Shown piece after piece: positions 16,489 through 25,804 of a stretch of 57,768 bases of DNA. The notes under the pieces are model-generated. The model did no database searches. It was given only the letters and a program-made list of their open reading frames with translations, and had not been told where the DNA came from. Every line of letters starts with the position of its first letter. Position 1 is the first letter of the stretch. The stretch is from Clostridiales bacterium (GTDB lineage Bacteria > Bacillota > Clostridia > Lachnospirales > JAISER01), in contig JAISER010000013.1 in assembly GCA_031263985.1 (NCBI GenBank), forward strand, positions 1 through 57,768. Direction: 5' to 3'. The position numbers and the translations under genes are program-made.

Positions 16489-17955
16489 ATGAAACTGAAG
16501 TTGTTTCTCGCCGCGTCGTTGTGCTGCTGCGTTTTATCAGGTTGCGGAGCTTCCGCCGCTGATGGCGCTCTTGACGGCGCGCAAATTGAAAAGCCGATTA
16601 TGGTAGAGATAACTACGGCCGAAAAAAAAGAGATAAAAAAGGAACTGCCGTACCCTGGCCAGGTGAAAGCCGCCGAACAAATACCTATAATGGGTAAATT
16701 GTCCGGCAAAGTGGATCAAGTGTTTTTTAAGACGGGCGATGCGGTGAGAGCGGGCGATGTTCTCTACACAATCGATCTATCAGACATCGAAGACAGCATA
16801 AAATCTTTAGAGGCGCAGGTCGCCGCCGCGGACGCGGCTATACGCTCCGCTCGCACGGGTGTGGACCTCGCCGGCGGCAGCCAGACGCAAAGTCAAATTT
16901 TACAAGCTTCGGGCGGTGTACAGCAAGCCGAAACCGCCGTCAAACAGGCCGAAAGCTCAGTCGAACAGTCTAAACTCGCTATATCCCAAAGGGAATTGGC
17001 GTTAGATCAGGCGCAGACGGCTTATGACTCCACGTTCAAAAGTTACAATGACTCCAAGACTTTATATGAGTCCGCCGCTATATCAAGAACTCAATTTGAA
17101 CAGACGGAGACGGCTTTGAAAAACGCCGAAATAGGCGTAGAGCAGGCGCGGTCCGCTCTGGAACAGTCGAAGCAAGCCTACGATTCGGCGGCTACCGCCG
17201 CTTCACAAGCCCAAAACAGCTATAATCAGGCGGTCGAGAGCCAGAAAATAACAGACTTGGCGCCGGGAGAAAGCGCCAGGAGAGCGCGCGATTCGCTTGC
17301 TCAAGCGACGGCTCAAAAAAACAGTCTTTTGGTAAATCTTGAATCCGCAAGAGCCAAAGTGACCGACGCTTCTATAACATCGCCGATAGACGGCGTAATT
17401 AGCTCCCGAAATATTGAGCCTGGAACTATGATCTCTCCGTCCGCCGCGGCTTTCACCATAGTTCGCGCGGACATTATCGAAGCGAGAGTTAACGTGACGG
17501 AAACTCTAGTTAACGGTCTTGCGGTTGGCCAAAAGTTTCCGGTTTATATAAGCGCTGTCAGAAGTGAGCCGTTTACCGGAGAAATCGTCACGCTAAGCCC
17601 GTCCGCGAACGAAGCGACGTCCACGTTTGAAGTCAGATTATCGGTAGACAATAAAGAAAATCTTATAAAACCGGGCATGTACGCCGAAGTTATATTCGTC
17701 AGGGAGCGCGCTGAAAACGCGGTGGTAATTCCACGCGGCGCCATTGTTGTGGAAAACGATAGAAATTATGTTTATGTGATGGAAAATGATAACGCATCAA
17801 AGAAGATCGAGGTTAACACCGGAGTGGATAATGGATCTGAAGTGGAGATTTTAACCGGCGTTGAGCCGGGAACAAGCGTAATCATCAGAGGTCAGGCGTA
17901 TTTACGCGACGGTTCGCTTGTGAAAATCGACAGCGACAGGAGTAATGGCGCATGA
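16489..17955 (+). CDS. RND efflux periplasmic adaptor (HlyD/MFP family) lipoprotein
   Basis: MKLKLFLAASLCCCVLSGC lipobox, long Ala/Gln coiled-coil hairpin, beta-barrel C-terminus. ATG 16489 sits behind GGAGGAG. ATGA-coupled to the permease. Confidence 0.88.
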   Translation: MKLKLFLAASLCCCVLSGCGASAADGALDGAQIEKPIMVEITTAEKKEIKKELPYPGQVKAAEQIPIMGKLSGKVDQVFFKTGDAVRAGDVLYTIDLSDIEDSIKSLEAQVAAADAAIRSARTGVDLAGGSQTQSQILQASGGVQQAETAVKQAESSVEQSKLAISQRELALDQAQTAYDSTFKSYNDSKTLYESAAISRTQFEQTETALKNAEIGVEQARSALEQSKQAYDSAATAASQAQNSYNQAVESQKITDLAPGESARRARDSLAQATAQKNSLLVNLESARAKVTDASITSPIDGVISSRNIEPGTMISPSAAAFTIVRADIIEARVNVTETLVNGLAVGQKFPVYISAVRSEPFTGEIVTLSPSANEATSTFEVRLSVDNKENLIKPGMYAEVIFVRERAENAVVIPRGAIVVENDRNYVYVMENDNASKKIEVNTGVDNGSEVEILTGVEPGTSVIIRGQAYLRDGSLVKIDSDRSNGA

Positions 17956-20900
17956 AAATTTCCGATTTTTCGATAAGACGTCCCGTCACTACCGTTATGA
18001 TCATACTTGCGGTGGCTATAGTAGGCGTTATATCGTTTATAAGTTTGCAGCGAGAGCTTATGCCGGAAATGAACTTCGGCATAGCGGTGGTTTCCGCAGC
18101 TTATGACGGCGCTGGTCCTGAAGAGATTGAAACGCTTGTGACAAAACCGCTTGAAGGCGCGCTTGGCGCGGTAAGCGACCTTAAAAATATCTCCGCGACA
18201 TCGTCGAGCGGCAGTTCTCTTATCGTCTTAGAATTTAACGACGGTACGGATATGAATAACGCTACCCTCAAAATGAGGGAGAACATAGACCTGATAAAAC
18301 GCGTTCTGCCGTCCGGCGTGGAACCCAGGGTTTTCCAAATTGATATGAACTCTATTGAGACGCTTTCAATAGGCGTGACGGGCGATATCGACATAGTGAG
18401 CTTAAAAACTATAATTGATGATGACATTATAACCCGTCTGGAAAAGATAGACGGCGTAGGTTCCGTAAACGGCAGCGGCGGAAAGGAACGGGAGATAAGC
18501 GTGGCGTTGCTGCCCGATAAATTGGCCGGATACGGCGTGACCGCCGCGCAAATAGCCGGCGTGTTGTCAGCGGAAAATGTAAATGTGCCCGGCGGCGTGT
18601 TGAGACAGGGAGATCTGGAGTTACAAGTGCGAGCTGTCGGAGAATTTGAATCCGTAGCGGAGATCGAAAACTTGCCAATAATCATCCCTTCGGGCGGGGC
18701 GATATTTTTAAGGGATATAGCGAAAGTGACCGATGGATTCAAAAAGACATCGTCCTATTCCATTATAAACGGCAAGGAAGGCATAACGCTCGCGGTCATG
18801 AAGCAATCTTCGGCTAACACCGTAGACATGGCGAAAAAAGTAATCGAAGAGATAGAGAGCATGAGAGCTGACTATCCGCATATTAATTTCGCCGTTATCC
18901 TGGATACGTCGCAATTTATCACATCCTCCATAGACAGCGTTTGGACGACGGTTATACAAGCTATACTACTGACTTTTTTAGTGTTACTGGTCTTTCTGGG
19001 CAGTTTCAGATCGTCTTTAATCGTAGGCGTGGCTATACCGATATCCATAGTGACGACTTTGGCGCTTATGTATTTTTTGAATATGTCGCTAAACATGATA
19101 ACGCTTAACGCGTTGCTGATATGCGTCGGCATGATGGTGGACAACTCAATAGTCGTGATAGAAAGCGTAAGCCGACATATTCAAGCCGTCGGAAGCCCCG
19201 GAGGCGCCGCTGACGTTAAGGAGGCTTGCTCCATCGGCGCGAAAGAAGTGGGCATATCCGTCGTAGGCTCGACTTTAACGACTGTTGTCGTATTTGTGCC
19301 GGTGCTTTTCGTTCAAGGCCTTGCGGGAAAGATGTTCGGTCAGCTTGGGCTTGTGCTGTTGTTCGCGCTGGCGGCGTCGCTCGTCGTATCTCTGGCGTTC
19401 GTGCCCATGGCGTGTTCAAAGTTTTTGGTAACGGAAAATCGCGTGGTATTTAAACCGTTACACAATCTATGGCTGAAGTGGGACGAATTTTTTGAAAAAT
19501 TTACAGCGTCTTACGGTAAGCTATTGAAGGTAAGCATTACTCATAAAAAGATTGTCGTGTTGGTTTTCACGGCGCTTACATTAGCCTCCGCGTCCGTGGT
19601 CGGGTTTATGGGCATGGAAATGAACGCGAGCATGGATGAAGGTTATTTAGTCGTGGATATAACGACGCCTAAGGGCAGTCTGCTGGAAGAGACGAAAGCC
19701 GTGACTGACGTGGCGCTTCAAAGAATAGAGAATGTTCAGGATATAGATGAAATCGCGGTATCAGTCGGCGGCGGAGGCATAGCGTCTATGTTTGGGGGCG
19801 CGTCGGCGAACCAATCGTCGGTTATGATAAAGCTGCTTCCAAAGGAGGAACGCGGAGATATAAACGTGATAGCGGACAAACTGCGTGAATCCATAGGTTC
19901 AATAGCGGGAGCCGAAGTGTCAGTCAGTGACGGTTCGCAAAGTTCCGGAGGCGTGAGCTTTTCGATATATGGCGAGGACATGACCGTTTTAGGCGAAACA
20001 GGTGACGAAATCGTCAAGCTCATATCGTCGCTGCCCAATGTAAGAAATGCCAAAAGCTCGCTTCAGGAAGGCTCGCCGCAAGCGCGCGTCGTCATTGACC
20101 GATATAAAGCGTCTTTGTATGGTTTTCAGCCTTCCGCCATAGCCAGCGCCGTACACCTGGCTATAAGCGGCGTTACCGCGACGACGTACAAAGTGGATGG
20201 CGATGAGATAGATGTTGTCGTGCGGTATAATCCCGAGAAGCTTAACTATATGAATGACCTGGAAAACATGACGCTGGCGTCGGCTTCGGGCGCTGTCGTT
20301 CCGCTTGCGGAAATAGCTGAAATAGTGAATGAGCAAGGCCCGGCCTCAATCACTAAAAGCAACCGCAAAAGGTATATCACTATAAGCGCGGATATTTTTG
20401 ACAGTGACATAAACTCGGTATCTGTCGCGATACAGGAGTCGCTTGACAACGAGTATGAATTCCCAGACGGTTATTATTATGAATTTACCGGGGATTACGC
20501 CGATATGGTCGAATCGTTTACATCGCTTGGGTTTGCTTTGCTGCTGGGTCTTTTGCTCGTATACATGGTTATAGCGTCGCAGTTCGAGTCGCTGGCGTAC
20601 CCCGCCACGATACTATTCTCCATACCTATAGCGATGACGACCGGTCTTATGGGCGTCGCCGCCACCGGAAACAACATAAGCGTAGTAGCGATAATCGGGC
20701 TCATATTGCTCATGGGCATAGTGGTTAACAATGGCATAGTGCTTGTGGATTACATTAATTTAAAACGCAAAGAAGGGATGGCCACGTTCGACGCGATACT
20801 CTTCGCGGCTCCCGTAAGGCTTAGACCGATTTTGATGACTACGATAACGACCGTTTTGGGGCTGGCGCCTATGTTGTTTTCGAACGGCGATGGCGCGGAG

Positions 20901-21071
20901 CTGCAAAAGCCGCTTGGCGCGCTTATATTTGTCGGGTTGTCGGTGTCAACGTTCGTTACCCTTATACTTATACCGACGTTATACCTAATCTTGCATAATT
21001 TTAGGAAGAACAGAGTCCTTAAAAAAGCGGCCAGGCTGGAGCGTAAAAATCAGGCGCTTAACGCTCATTAG
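17952..21071 (+). CDS. RND-family efflux permease (AcrB/HAE type)
   Basis: 1039 aa with 12-TM architecture and two large extracytoplasmic loops. N-terminus FSIRRPVTTVMIILA is typical of AcrB-family pumps. Confidence 0.92.
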   Translation: MKISDFSIRRPVTTVMIILAVAIVGVISFISLQRELMPEMNFGIAVVSAAYDGAGPEEIETLVTKPLEGALGAVSDLKNISATSSSGSSLIVLEFNDGTDMNNATLKMRENIDLIKRVLPSGVEPRVFQIDMNSIETLSIGVTGDIDIVSLKTIIDDDIITRLEKIDGVGSVNGSGGKEREISVALLPDKLAGYGVTAAQIAGVLSAENVNVPGGVLRQGDLELQVRAVGEFESVAEIENLPIIIPSGGAIFLRDIAKVTDGFKKTSSYSIINGKEGITLAVMKQSSANTVDMAKKVIEEIESMRADYPHINFAVILDTSQFITSSIDSVWTTVIQAILLTFLVLLVFLGSFRSSLIVGVAIPISIVTTLALMYFLNMSLNMITLNALLICVGMMVDNSIVVIESVSRHIQAVGSPGGAADVKEACSIGAKEVGISVVGSTLTTVVVFVPVLFVQGLAGKMFGQLGLVLLFALAASLVVSLAFVPMACSKFLVTENRVVFKPLHNLWLKWDEFFEKFTASYGKLLKVSITHKKIVVLVFTALTLASASVVGFMGMEMNASMDEGYLVVDITTPKGSLLEETKAVTDVALQRIENVQDIDEIAVSVGGGGIASMFGGASANQSSVMIKLLPKEERGDINVIADKLRESIGSIAGAEVSVSDGSQSSGGVSFSIYGEDMTVLGETGDEIVKLISSLPNVRNAKSSLQEGSPQARVVIDRYKASLYGFQPSAIASAVHLAISGVTATTYKVDGDEIDVVVRYNPEKLNYMNDLENMTLASASGAVVPLAEIAEIVNEQGPASITKSNRKRYITISADIFDSDINSVSVAIQESLDNEYEFPDGYYYEFTGDYADMVESFTSLGFALLLGLLLVYMVIASQFESLAYPATILFSIPIAMTTGLMGVAATGNNISVVAIIGLILLMGIVVNNGIVLVDYINLKRKEGMATFDAILFAAPVRLRPILMTTITTVLGLAPMLFSNGDGAELQKPLGALIFVGLSVSTFVTLILIPTLYLILHNFRKNRVLKKAARLERKNQALNAH

Positions 21072-21086
21072 GGAAAGGTTTTTTAA

Positions 21087-21443
21087 GACCTTGAAGGAAA
21101 CTTTTTCGAGAAAAAGTTTCCTTCAAACTTCCTTCAAAAAGCTTTATCCCGTAAACTGCGCTTCGCGCGGTTTACGAAAACCGCGCGATTGTGATCCGGT
21201 ACGTAGCTTAAGATTTTCCAAAAACGGCGCAAAGCGCCATTTTTGGGGAAAGGGTTCCTAAGGGACAAAGTCCCTTAGCGGGGTTTTGGGGCGGAGCCCC
21301 AAGGTCTGCTTCCTTTAAAAAGCTTTAGTGATCCGGCGCGTAGCTTAAGATTTTCCTGGAACGGCGCAAAGCGCCGCTTCCGAGGAAAGGGTTCCTAAGG
21401 GACGAAGTCTATTAGCGGGGTTTGGGGGCGGAGTCCCAAGGTC
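21087..21443. repeat. Mosaic palindromic repeat, ~1.6 tandem units, inverted relative to 7938..8162
   Basis: 21087..21306 is the reverse complement of 7938..8162. The outer ~100 nt and ~60 nt are near-identical; the central hairpin module differs in sequence but stays palindromic. 21307..21443 repeats the right-hand modules. Confidence 0.9.
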
Positions 21444-22454
21444 TTAACTGGTAGCGTGATATGGAGACCCGGGGCGAGTATCCACATGAACAAATCCTTT
21501 GCGGGGATATCTGATAACGCCTGGCGCTCCTATTTGAATTGCGTAGTTGTAAATATCGTTTACGGAGACTCCGGCGATAGAAATATCAGCGGCTTTGCCC
21601 TGCACATGATAACTATTACGCGCGCCGCCTACGGCTTCATTACGCGCCGGCGTTCGATAGCCGGAACTGATTGTGACAGGCTTGCCGAAATGATCCCTGA
21701 TTTTTTGCAAATAGTCAACTAACTGAGGGTCAATTAATATTTCGTCCGCGCCATCATTGCTTCTAAATTCTTTCACTTTAAAATCTTTGGATAAAGACTC
21801 CTCTCCATTTTCTTTGGCCGAATACTTTTGAACCCCTTTCCCGGGAGTAACAGGAGTTGTAGGAACGCTCGGTTGTGAGGGGGGTTGCGGGCCAGTAACT
21901 TGCCCTCCGGGGTTAGTAGGGCCAACAACTTGCCCTTCGTCAGGGCTAGTAGGGCCAACAACTTGCCCTCCGTTGGGGCTAGTAGGGCCAACAACTTGCC
22001 CTCCGTCAGGGCTAGTAGGGCCATGCCCGTCGCCACCGTTGCCGGAATCGCCGCCGTCATTTTGTCCGCAACAATCACACCCGCCATACGATATCTGCTG
22101 GCCGCTGTCTATAATCCTTACAACGCCGCCTTGAGAGCAGGTCAAAAACCCGTTTTTTGTAAGAGACGGCTTATTTTCTATCAGTAATTTAGGATCTTGC
22201 GGATTTTTCCAGTCCATGGTAAAGATCGGAATGCAGGGAATAGGCGGGCTGGACTTATTGCAAGTTCCAAAACATTTAATGTTCGCTATCGCTTTGCTGT
22301 CCGCTATGTTAAGCTGAGGTTTTCCGTTTAAAAACACTCCATGTGACTTTGGCATATTTATAAAGTCAGGAAAGGAACCCAGTGTGCACGTGACGATGGC
22401 TCCCCTTACGACATACTCGGTAATAACGCTGCTTCCTTGTATAGTCTTATCCAT
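21444..22454 (-). CDS. PAAR-like (DUF4280-type) domain fused to an M15A-type zinc peptidoglycan peptidase; putative cell-wall effector
   Basis: N-terminus MDKTIQGSSVITEYVVRGAIVTCTLGS...KCFGTC...LTCSQGG follows the DUF4280 pattern with conserved Cys. Then a Gly/Pro linker with 11-aa repeats. C-terminus SGYRTPARNEAVGGARNSYHVQGKAADI...VHVD matches the Peptidase_M15_3/YcbK-like motif set. Start ATG 22454 sits behind AAGGAGA; the upstream part of ORF 21444..22547 is a gene relic. Confidence 0.8.
   Translation of the reverse strand: MDKTIQGSSVITEYVVRGAIVTCTLGSFPDFINMPKSHGVFLNGKPQLNIADSKAIANIKCFGTCNKSSPPIPCIPIFTMDWKNPQDPKLLIENKPSLTKNGFLTCSQGGVVRIIDSGQQISYGGCDCCGQNDGGDSGNGGDGHGPTSPDGGQVVGPTSPNGGQVVGPTSPDEGQVVGPTNPGGQVTGPQPPSQPSVPTTPVTPGKGVQKYSAKENGEESLSKDFKVKEFRSNDGADEILIDPQLVDYLQKIRDHFGKPVTISSGYRTPARNEAVGGARNSYHVQGKAADISIAGVSVNDIYNYAIQIGAPGVIRYPRKGFVHVDTRPGSPYHATS
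21887..22023 (-). repeat. 33-bp in-frame tandem repeat (~4 copies) encoding GPTSP[DN]GGQVV linker units
   Basis: Full units at 21912-21944, 21945-21977 and 21978-22010, plus partial units on both sides. Confidence 0.9.
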
Positions 22455-22600
22455 TGGCGTAGCTCTCCTTTCAAATTTCATAAAGCGGCTTCCCAGTAAT
22501 TCCAACCGCATCATATGTATTGTTCTTAACCTGTTTTCTCGCCGCACGTTGTTTCGCTGTTTATCACTGAAAGCTCCGCTCGATGAAAGGCGTGGAATTA
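22455..22600 (-). pseudogene. Relic of the 3' end of a paralogue of gene 25801..26307
   Basis: Nucleotide homology to 25805..25960 (..ataaacagcg..gcggcga..ttaagaacaatacatatgatgcggttggaattactggg..). It translates as NRLRTIHMMRLELLGS, versus NKLRTIYVTRLELLES in the intact gene. Confidence 0.7.
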
Positions 22601-22743
22601 ATTCGTAAGCAAGCTTATGTCCGCATGTAGGTGAAGCGTACCGCTAAAATTAAGGATTTTAGAGGAGATATTAAACAGGCTCTTAGTTTAACGCCGTCTT
22701 ATCCGTTGTAAACGGGATCTTTAGGGTACAGTTTCTTCATCCT

Positions 22744-23666
22744 TTATCTATCGGGGTACGCTGGCGTGCCGTAGCCCATGATATTATTGGATTTCAGAGG
22801 GTAGCTTCTCCGGCGGACACAGTCGTCGGAATTGCCTTCAATGGTATGGACATAGCCGTCTTTGACGTATTCCACGATTCCAACATGGTCATCAGTTCTC
22901 CCGCCATCGTGCCAGTTGAAAAAGATAATGTCGCCAGGTTGTGGATTGCAACCTCCGTTTATCCATTGATCGCGGGATTTAAACCATGTTATGGCGTTAA
23001 TGCAGTAGAGAATTTTGGGATGATTCCGCTTTGGATGTATCCGCACTGGTCGGCTACCCAGCTTACAAAGCAAGCGCACCACGGCACGTAGCTAGGAAAA
23101 CCATACCAAAGCCAATAAGGTTTTCCGTCATCCTTCCTGTCGACTCGACCGATCTCCTTGATCGCGTTTTGTACCATTGTAGCTCCATTACCAGTTGAAA
23201 GCCTATCGTCGCCGGGCATCTCAGAGTCTTGTCGATCTCCTCATCCACCGCCTGATGAACCGGCCGTTACTTCCTTTGTCATCGGCATCATTGTAAATTT
23301 TGACAATCGTATTGTCCGCTATCTATAATTTTTTATAACGCCGCCCTTAAAGCAAACCAAAAACGCGTCTTTTGTAAAAGCCGTTTTGCCTTCTATTTTT
23401 AATTTAGGATATTTGAAATTTAACCACAAAGGAAAAATTTTTGGATCGCACATCGACTTGGTAGCTCCGCAAAATCCGAAACATTTAATATTCTCGCCAG
23501 CTTTACAATCCGCTATGTTAAGCTGAGGTTTCCCGCCGCTTAAAGATATTCCATGCGAATTCGGCATATTTATAACGTCAGGAAAGGCGCCCATCGAGCA
23601 AATGACGACAGCGCCCCATACGACATATTCGGTAATAGCGTTGCTTTCTTGTATAGTCTTATTCAC
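22744..23666 (-). pseudogene. Decayed DUF4280-type PAAR-like domain + CHAP amidase/peptidase effector (multiple frame disruptions)
   Basis: ORF 23319..23666 is a DUF4280 domain that stops at GGVIKNYR*. Removing one A from the A6 run (23329-23334) restores GGVIKIIDSGQ as in the paralogues. ORFs 22989..23219 (catalytic WCACFVSW) and 22744..23082 (HVGIV...GNS) are the two halves of a CHAP domain, split near the A4 run at 23012-23015. Further stops lie in the linker. Confidence 0.8.
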
Positions 23667-23950
23667 TGGCGTATCAATTCCTTTCGCGATTACAGCCGTT
23701 TGACATATGATGGCGCGCTCCGCGCGTCATACGCTTTCCAACTCCTCCGCGTCAAATGAGCAAATGTTTCTTCGTAAAGCGATTTCCAATAATTCCAACC
23801 GCATCGAATAATATCGTTCTTAAATTATTTTTATTTTAAATATTGCCGCAGTTCGGTGCGCCATACGCCAATAAAGGAGAAAAACTTGTTCTTTTAATCA
23901 AAATTGCAGTTTTATATTTGCGCTTGTAATTATAAATTTCAATTAGCAAT
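23667..23950 (-). pseudogene. Decayed copy of gene 25801..26307 (3' part) upstream of the decayed effector
   Basis: 23667..23845 aligns almost base-for-base with 25742..25925, with a 1-nt indel. 23900..23950 (gttttatatttgcgcttgtaattataaatttcaat) aligns with 26070..26105. No intact ORF. Confidence 0.75.
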
Positions 23951-24000
23951 AAAATTTATGACTATAAAATTAATTTATGACCGATATTTCCCCAAGTCGG

Positions 24001-24747
24001 TTATTTGGGACTATTTCTTAAAAGGTCTTTAAGGTCTGAGTAATCAATCTCAAATTCCGCATGATCCCCAATTGCGTGCGTAACGCCCAAACTGATTCCT
24101 AGCGCCTTATCGGTAAAGTAACTAAACGCGTTCGCCGAGTTTCTTTCATTTATGTTATCGGAATTTTTCAATATTTCCACTAAGTCATAAGTATTGATGT
24201 CCTTTTTTACCAATTCTTCCGCTGAATTTAATCCAGAATCCCAGGCTACATATTTTGCTTCTTTAATTTGTTTTACTAGTTCGTTATTTATGTCAATAAA
24301 ATCGGCTAGCCCAATTTTCTCAGCGGCATTTAAATCTAGGTTAGTAGTATAAAACGCGTTTAAAGGATAGGCGGTTTTATTTGGATGAACTACTCCGGAG
24401 TATACGATGCTAAGCGACTTAGAATCACATAGTTTAATATCATAGTTGATATCGGCGCTAAAGTTTTCTTGAGCGACATACAAATCTAATATTTTTAACG
24501 CTTCGTACTTTATTAAATCATTAATTTTTTCTTGTTTAGTCGTATCGCTCATGCTTGATAATTGAGGGTAAAATATCTTTATGGAATTATCAACATAGCT
24601 TGATAAATTTACTTGATACGCAGGGTTATTAATTTCTTGCGCTGCATTATTGGTTTGATTATAGGGGGTTATTGCTCCTGCACCGCACGAAGTCGATAAT
24701 AATGTAGAAGATAGACATAAAATAACAAGCGATTTTTTAAGTAACAT
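24001..24747 (-). CDS. Lipoprotein with DUF4163/DUF3298 (RsiV/PdaC-like) architecture; candidate immunity protein
   Basis: Signal peptide plus lipobox (LLSTSC). IFYPQLSSMSD..KINDLI is the DUF4163-type start, and the C-terminus FSYFTDKALGISLGVTHAIGDHAEFEIDYSDLKDLL is DUF3298-like. Lies immediately downstream of the GH19-type effector. RBS GGAGG. Confidence 0.7.
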   Translation of the reverse strand: MLLKKSLVILCLSSTLLSTSCGAGAITPYNQTNNAAQEINNPAYQVNLSSYVDNSIKIFYPQLSSMSDTTKQEKINDLIKYEALKILDLYVAQENFSADINYDIKLCDSKSLSIVYSGVVHPNKTAYPLNAFYTTNLDLNAAEKIGLADFIDINNELVKQIKEAKYVAWDSGLNSAEELVKKDINTYDLVEILKNSDNINERNSANAFSYFTDKALGISLGVTHAIGDHAEFEIDYSDLKDLLRNSPK

Positions 24748-24811
24748 TTTATACCTCCATCAGTTCCGTTACTGCGGAAGGTTACCTCATTATTATATTA
24801 TCAAGCGCACA

Positions 24812-25804
24812 TCATTTTATTATTTCAAGCGTTCGTTCATAACAATCTCGTCTTTCTTCATAATGATTAGGCGTATTCTTGCTATATCTGTCGCCCAGGT
24901 TGACAGCTTTAGATATTTCAAGCGTTTGCTGATCGATACTAGTTCCTTTTAAACTATCAACAATATCATTCATTCCATTGTTGCGCCACCAAAACCCTGC
25001 CGCTTCCCAGGGATATTTTTCGGAAACATAATCTACGCCGTCCATTATCTTTTGGTCACCCATATAATCCGCAAACGCTTGATAATTGGCCCTGCCAGTT
25101 AGCTGAATATAACCTGCTCCTTTATATTTAGGCCCATCTCCAGGTTGCGTATTCCCAAGATCGGCTCGTCCTTCATATGCTTTTCCATTCGCTAGTTCCT
25201 TGGTATAAATGCCCAAACCGGATTCATGCATAGCCTGAGACATAAAGTGTCGTATCTTTTCAGGCGTGGTTATACCGTATTTTTCCAATGCATTATTTAG
25301 TCCTTTAACCATTTCGTCGGTTATAGAACTTTCATCCCAACCTAGCTGTTTTAACTGATCAGCGGTAACATAAATGTTTTGCCTGCGCTGACCGCTATGT
25401 ATAATTCTCACAATGCCGCCCATTGCGCAAATCAAAAACGCATCTTTTGTAAGAAGCGGTTTGTTATTTGTCATTGATTTAGGGCAGATGGGGCCTCTCC
25501 AAAGAGGAAAAAGAAATATAGGCACACATGGACGACTTAACTTTTTGCAAATTCCGAAACATTTAATATTCGGTCCGACTTTACTATCCGCAATATTAAG
25601 CACCGGTTTTCCGTTTATCGTATGTCCATGTGAAAACGGTATATTTATAACGTCAATGTTGGAACCCAGAGAGCAAGTCGCGAGGGTGCCCCTGACGACA
25701 TATTCAGTAATAACGCAGCTTTCTCGTATAGTCTTATTCACTGGCGTATCAATTCCTTTCGCGATTGCAGCCGTTTGACATATGATGCGCGCTCCGCGCG
25801 TCAT
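24812..25804 (-). CDS. PAAR-like (DUF4280-type) domain fused to a GH19-like (chitinase/lysozyme-type) peptidoglycan hydrolase; putative effector
   Basis: N-terminal ..NKTIRESCVITEYVVRGTLATCSLGS..KCFGIC..LICAMGG. C-terminal HFMSQAMHESGLG...YKGAGYIQLTGRANY is typical of GH19/COG3179-type muramidases. ATG 25804 is ATGA-coupled to the upstream gene. GTG 25741 aligns with the starts of the two paralogues and may be the true start. Confidence 0.8.
   Translation of the reverse strand: MTRGARIICQTAAIAKGIDTPVNKTIRESCVITEYVVRGTLATCSLGSNIDVINIPFSHGHTINGKPVLNIADSKVGPNIKCFGICKKLSRPCVPIFLFPLWRGPICPKSMTNNKPLLTKDAFLICAMGGIVRIIHSGQRRQNIYVTADQLKQLGWDESSITDEMVKGLNNALEKYGITTPEKIRHFMSQAMHESGLGIYTKELANGKAYEGRADLGNTQPGDGPKYKGAGYIQLTGRANYQAFADYMGDQKIMDGVDYVSEKYPWEAAGFWWRNNGMNDIVDSLKGTSIDQQTLEISKAVNLGDRYSKNTPNHYEERRDCYERTLEIIK

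Noticed and set aside
21087-21443. Possible CRISPR array (regularly spaced palindromes)
   Set aside because: The repeats are different hairpin modules arranged contiguously, not one repeat separated by unique spacers of constant length. No cas genes are present, and the same modules occur singly elsewhere.
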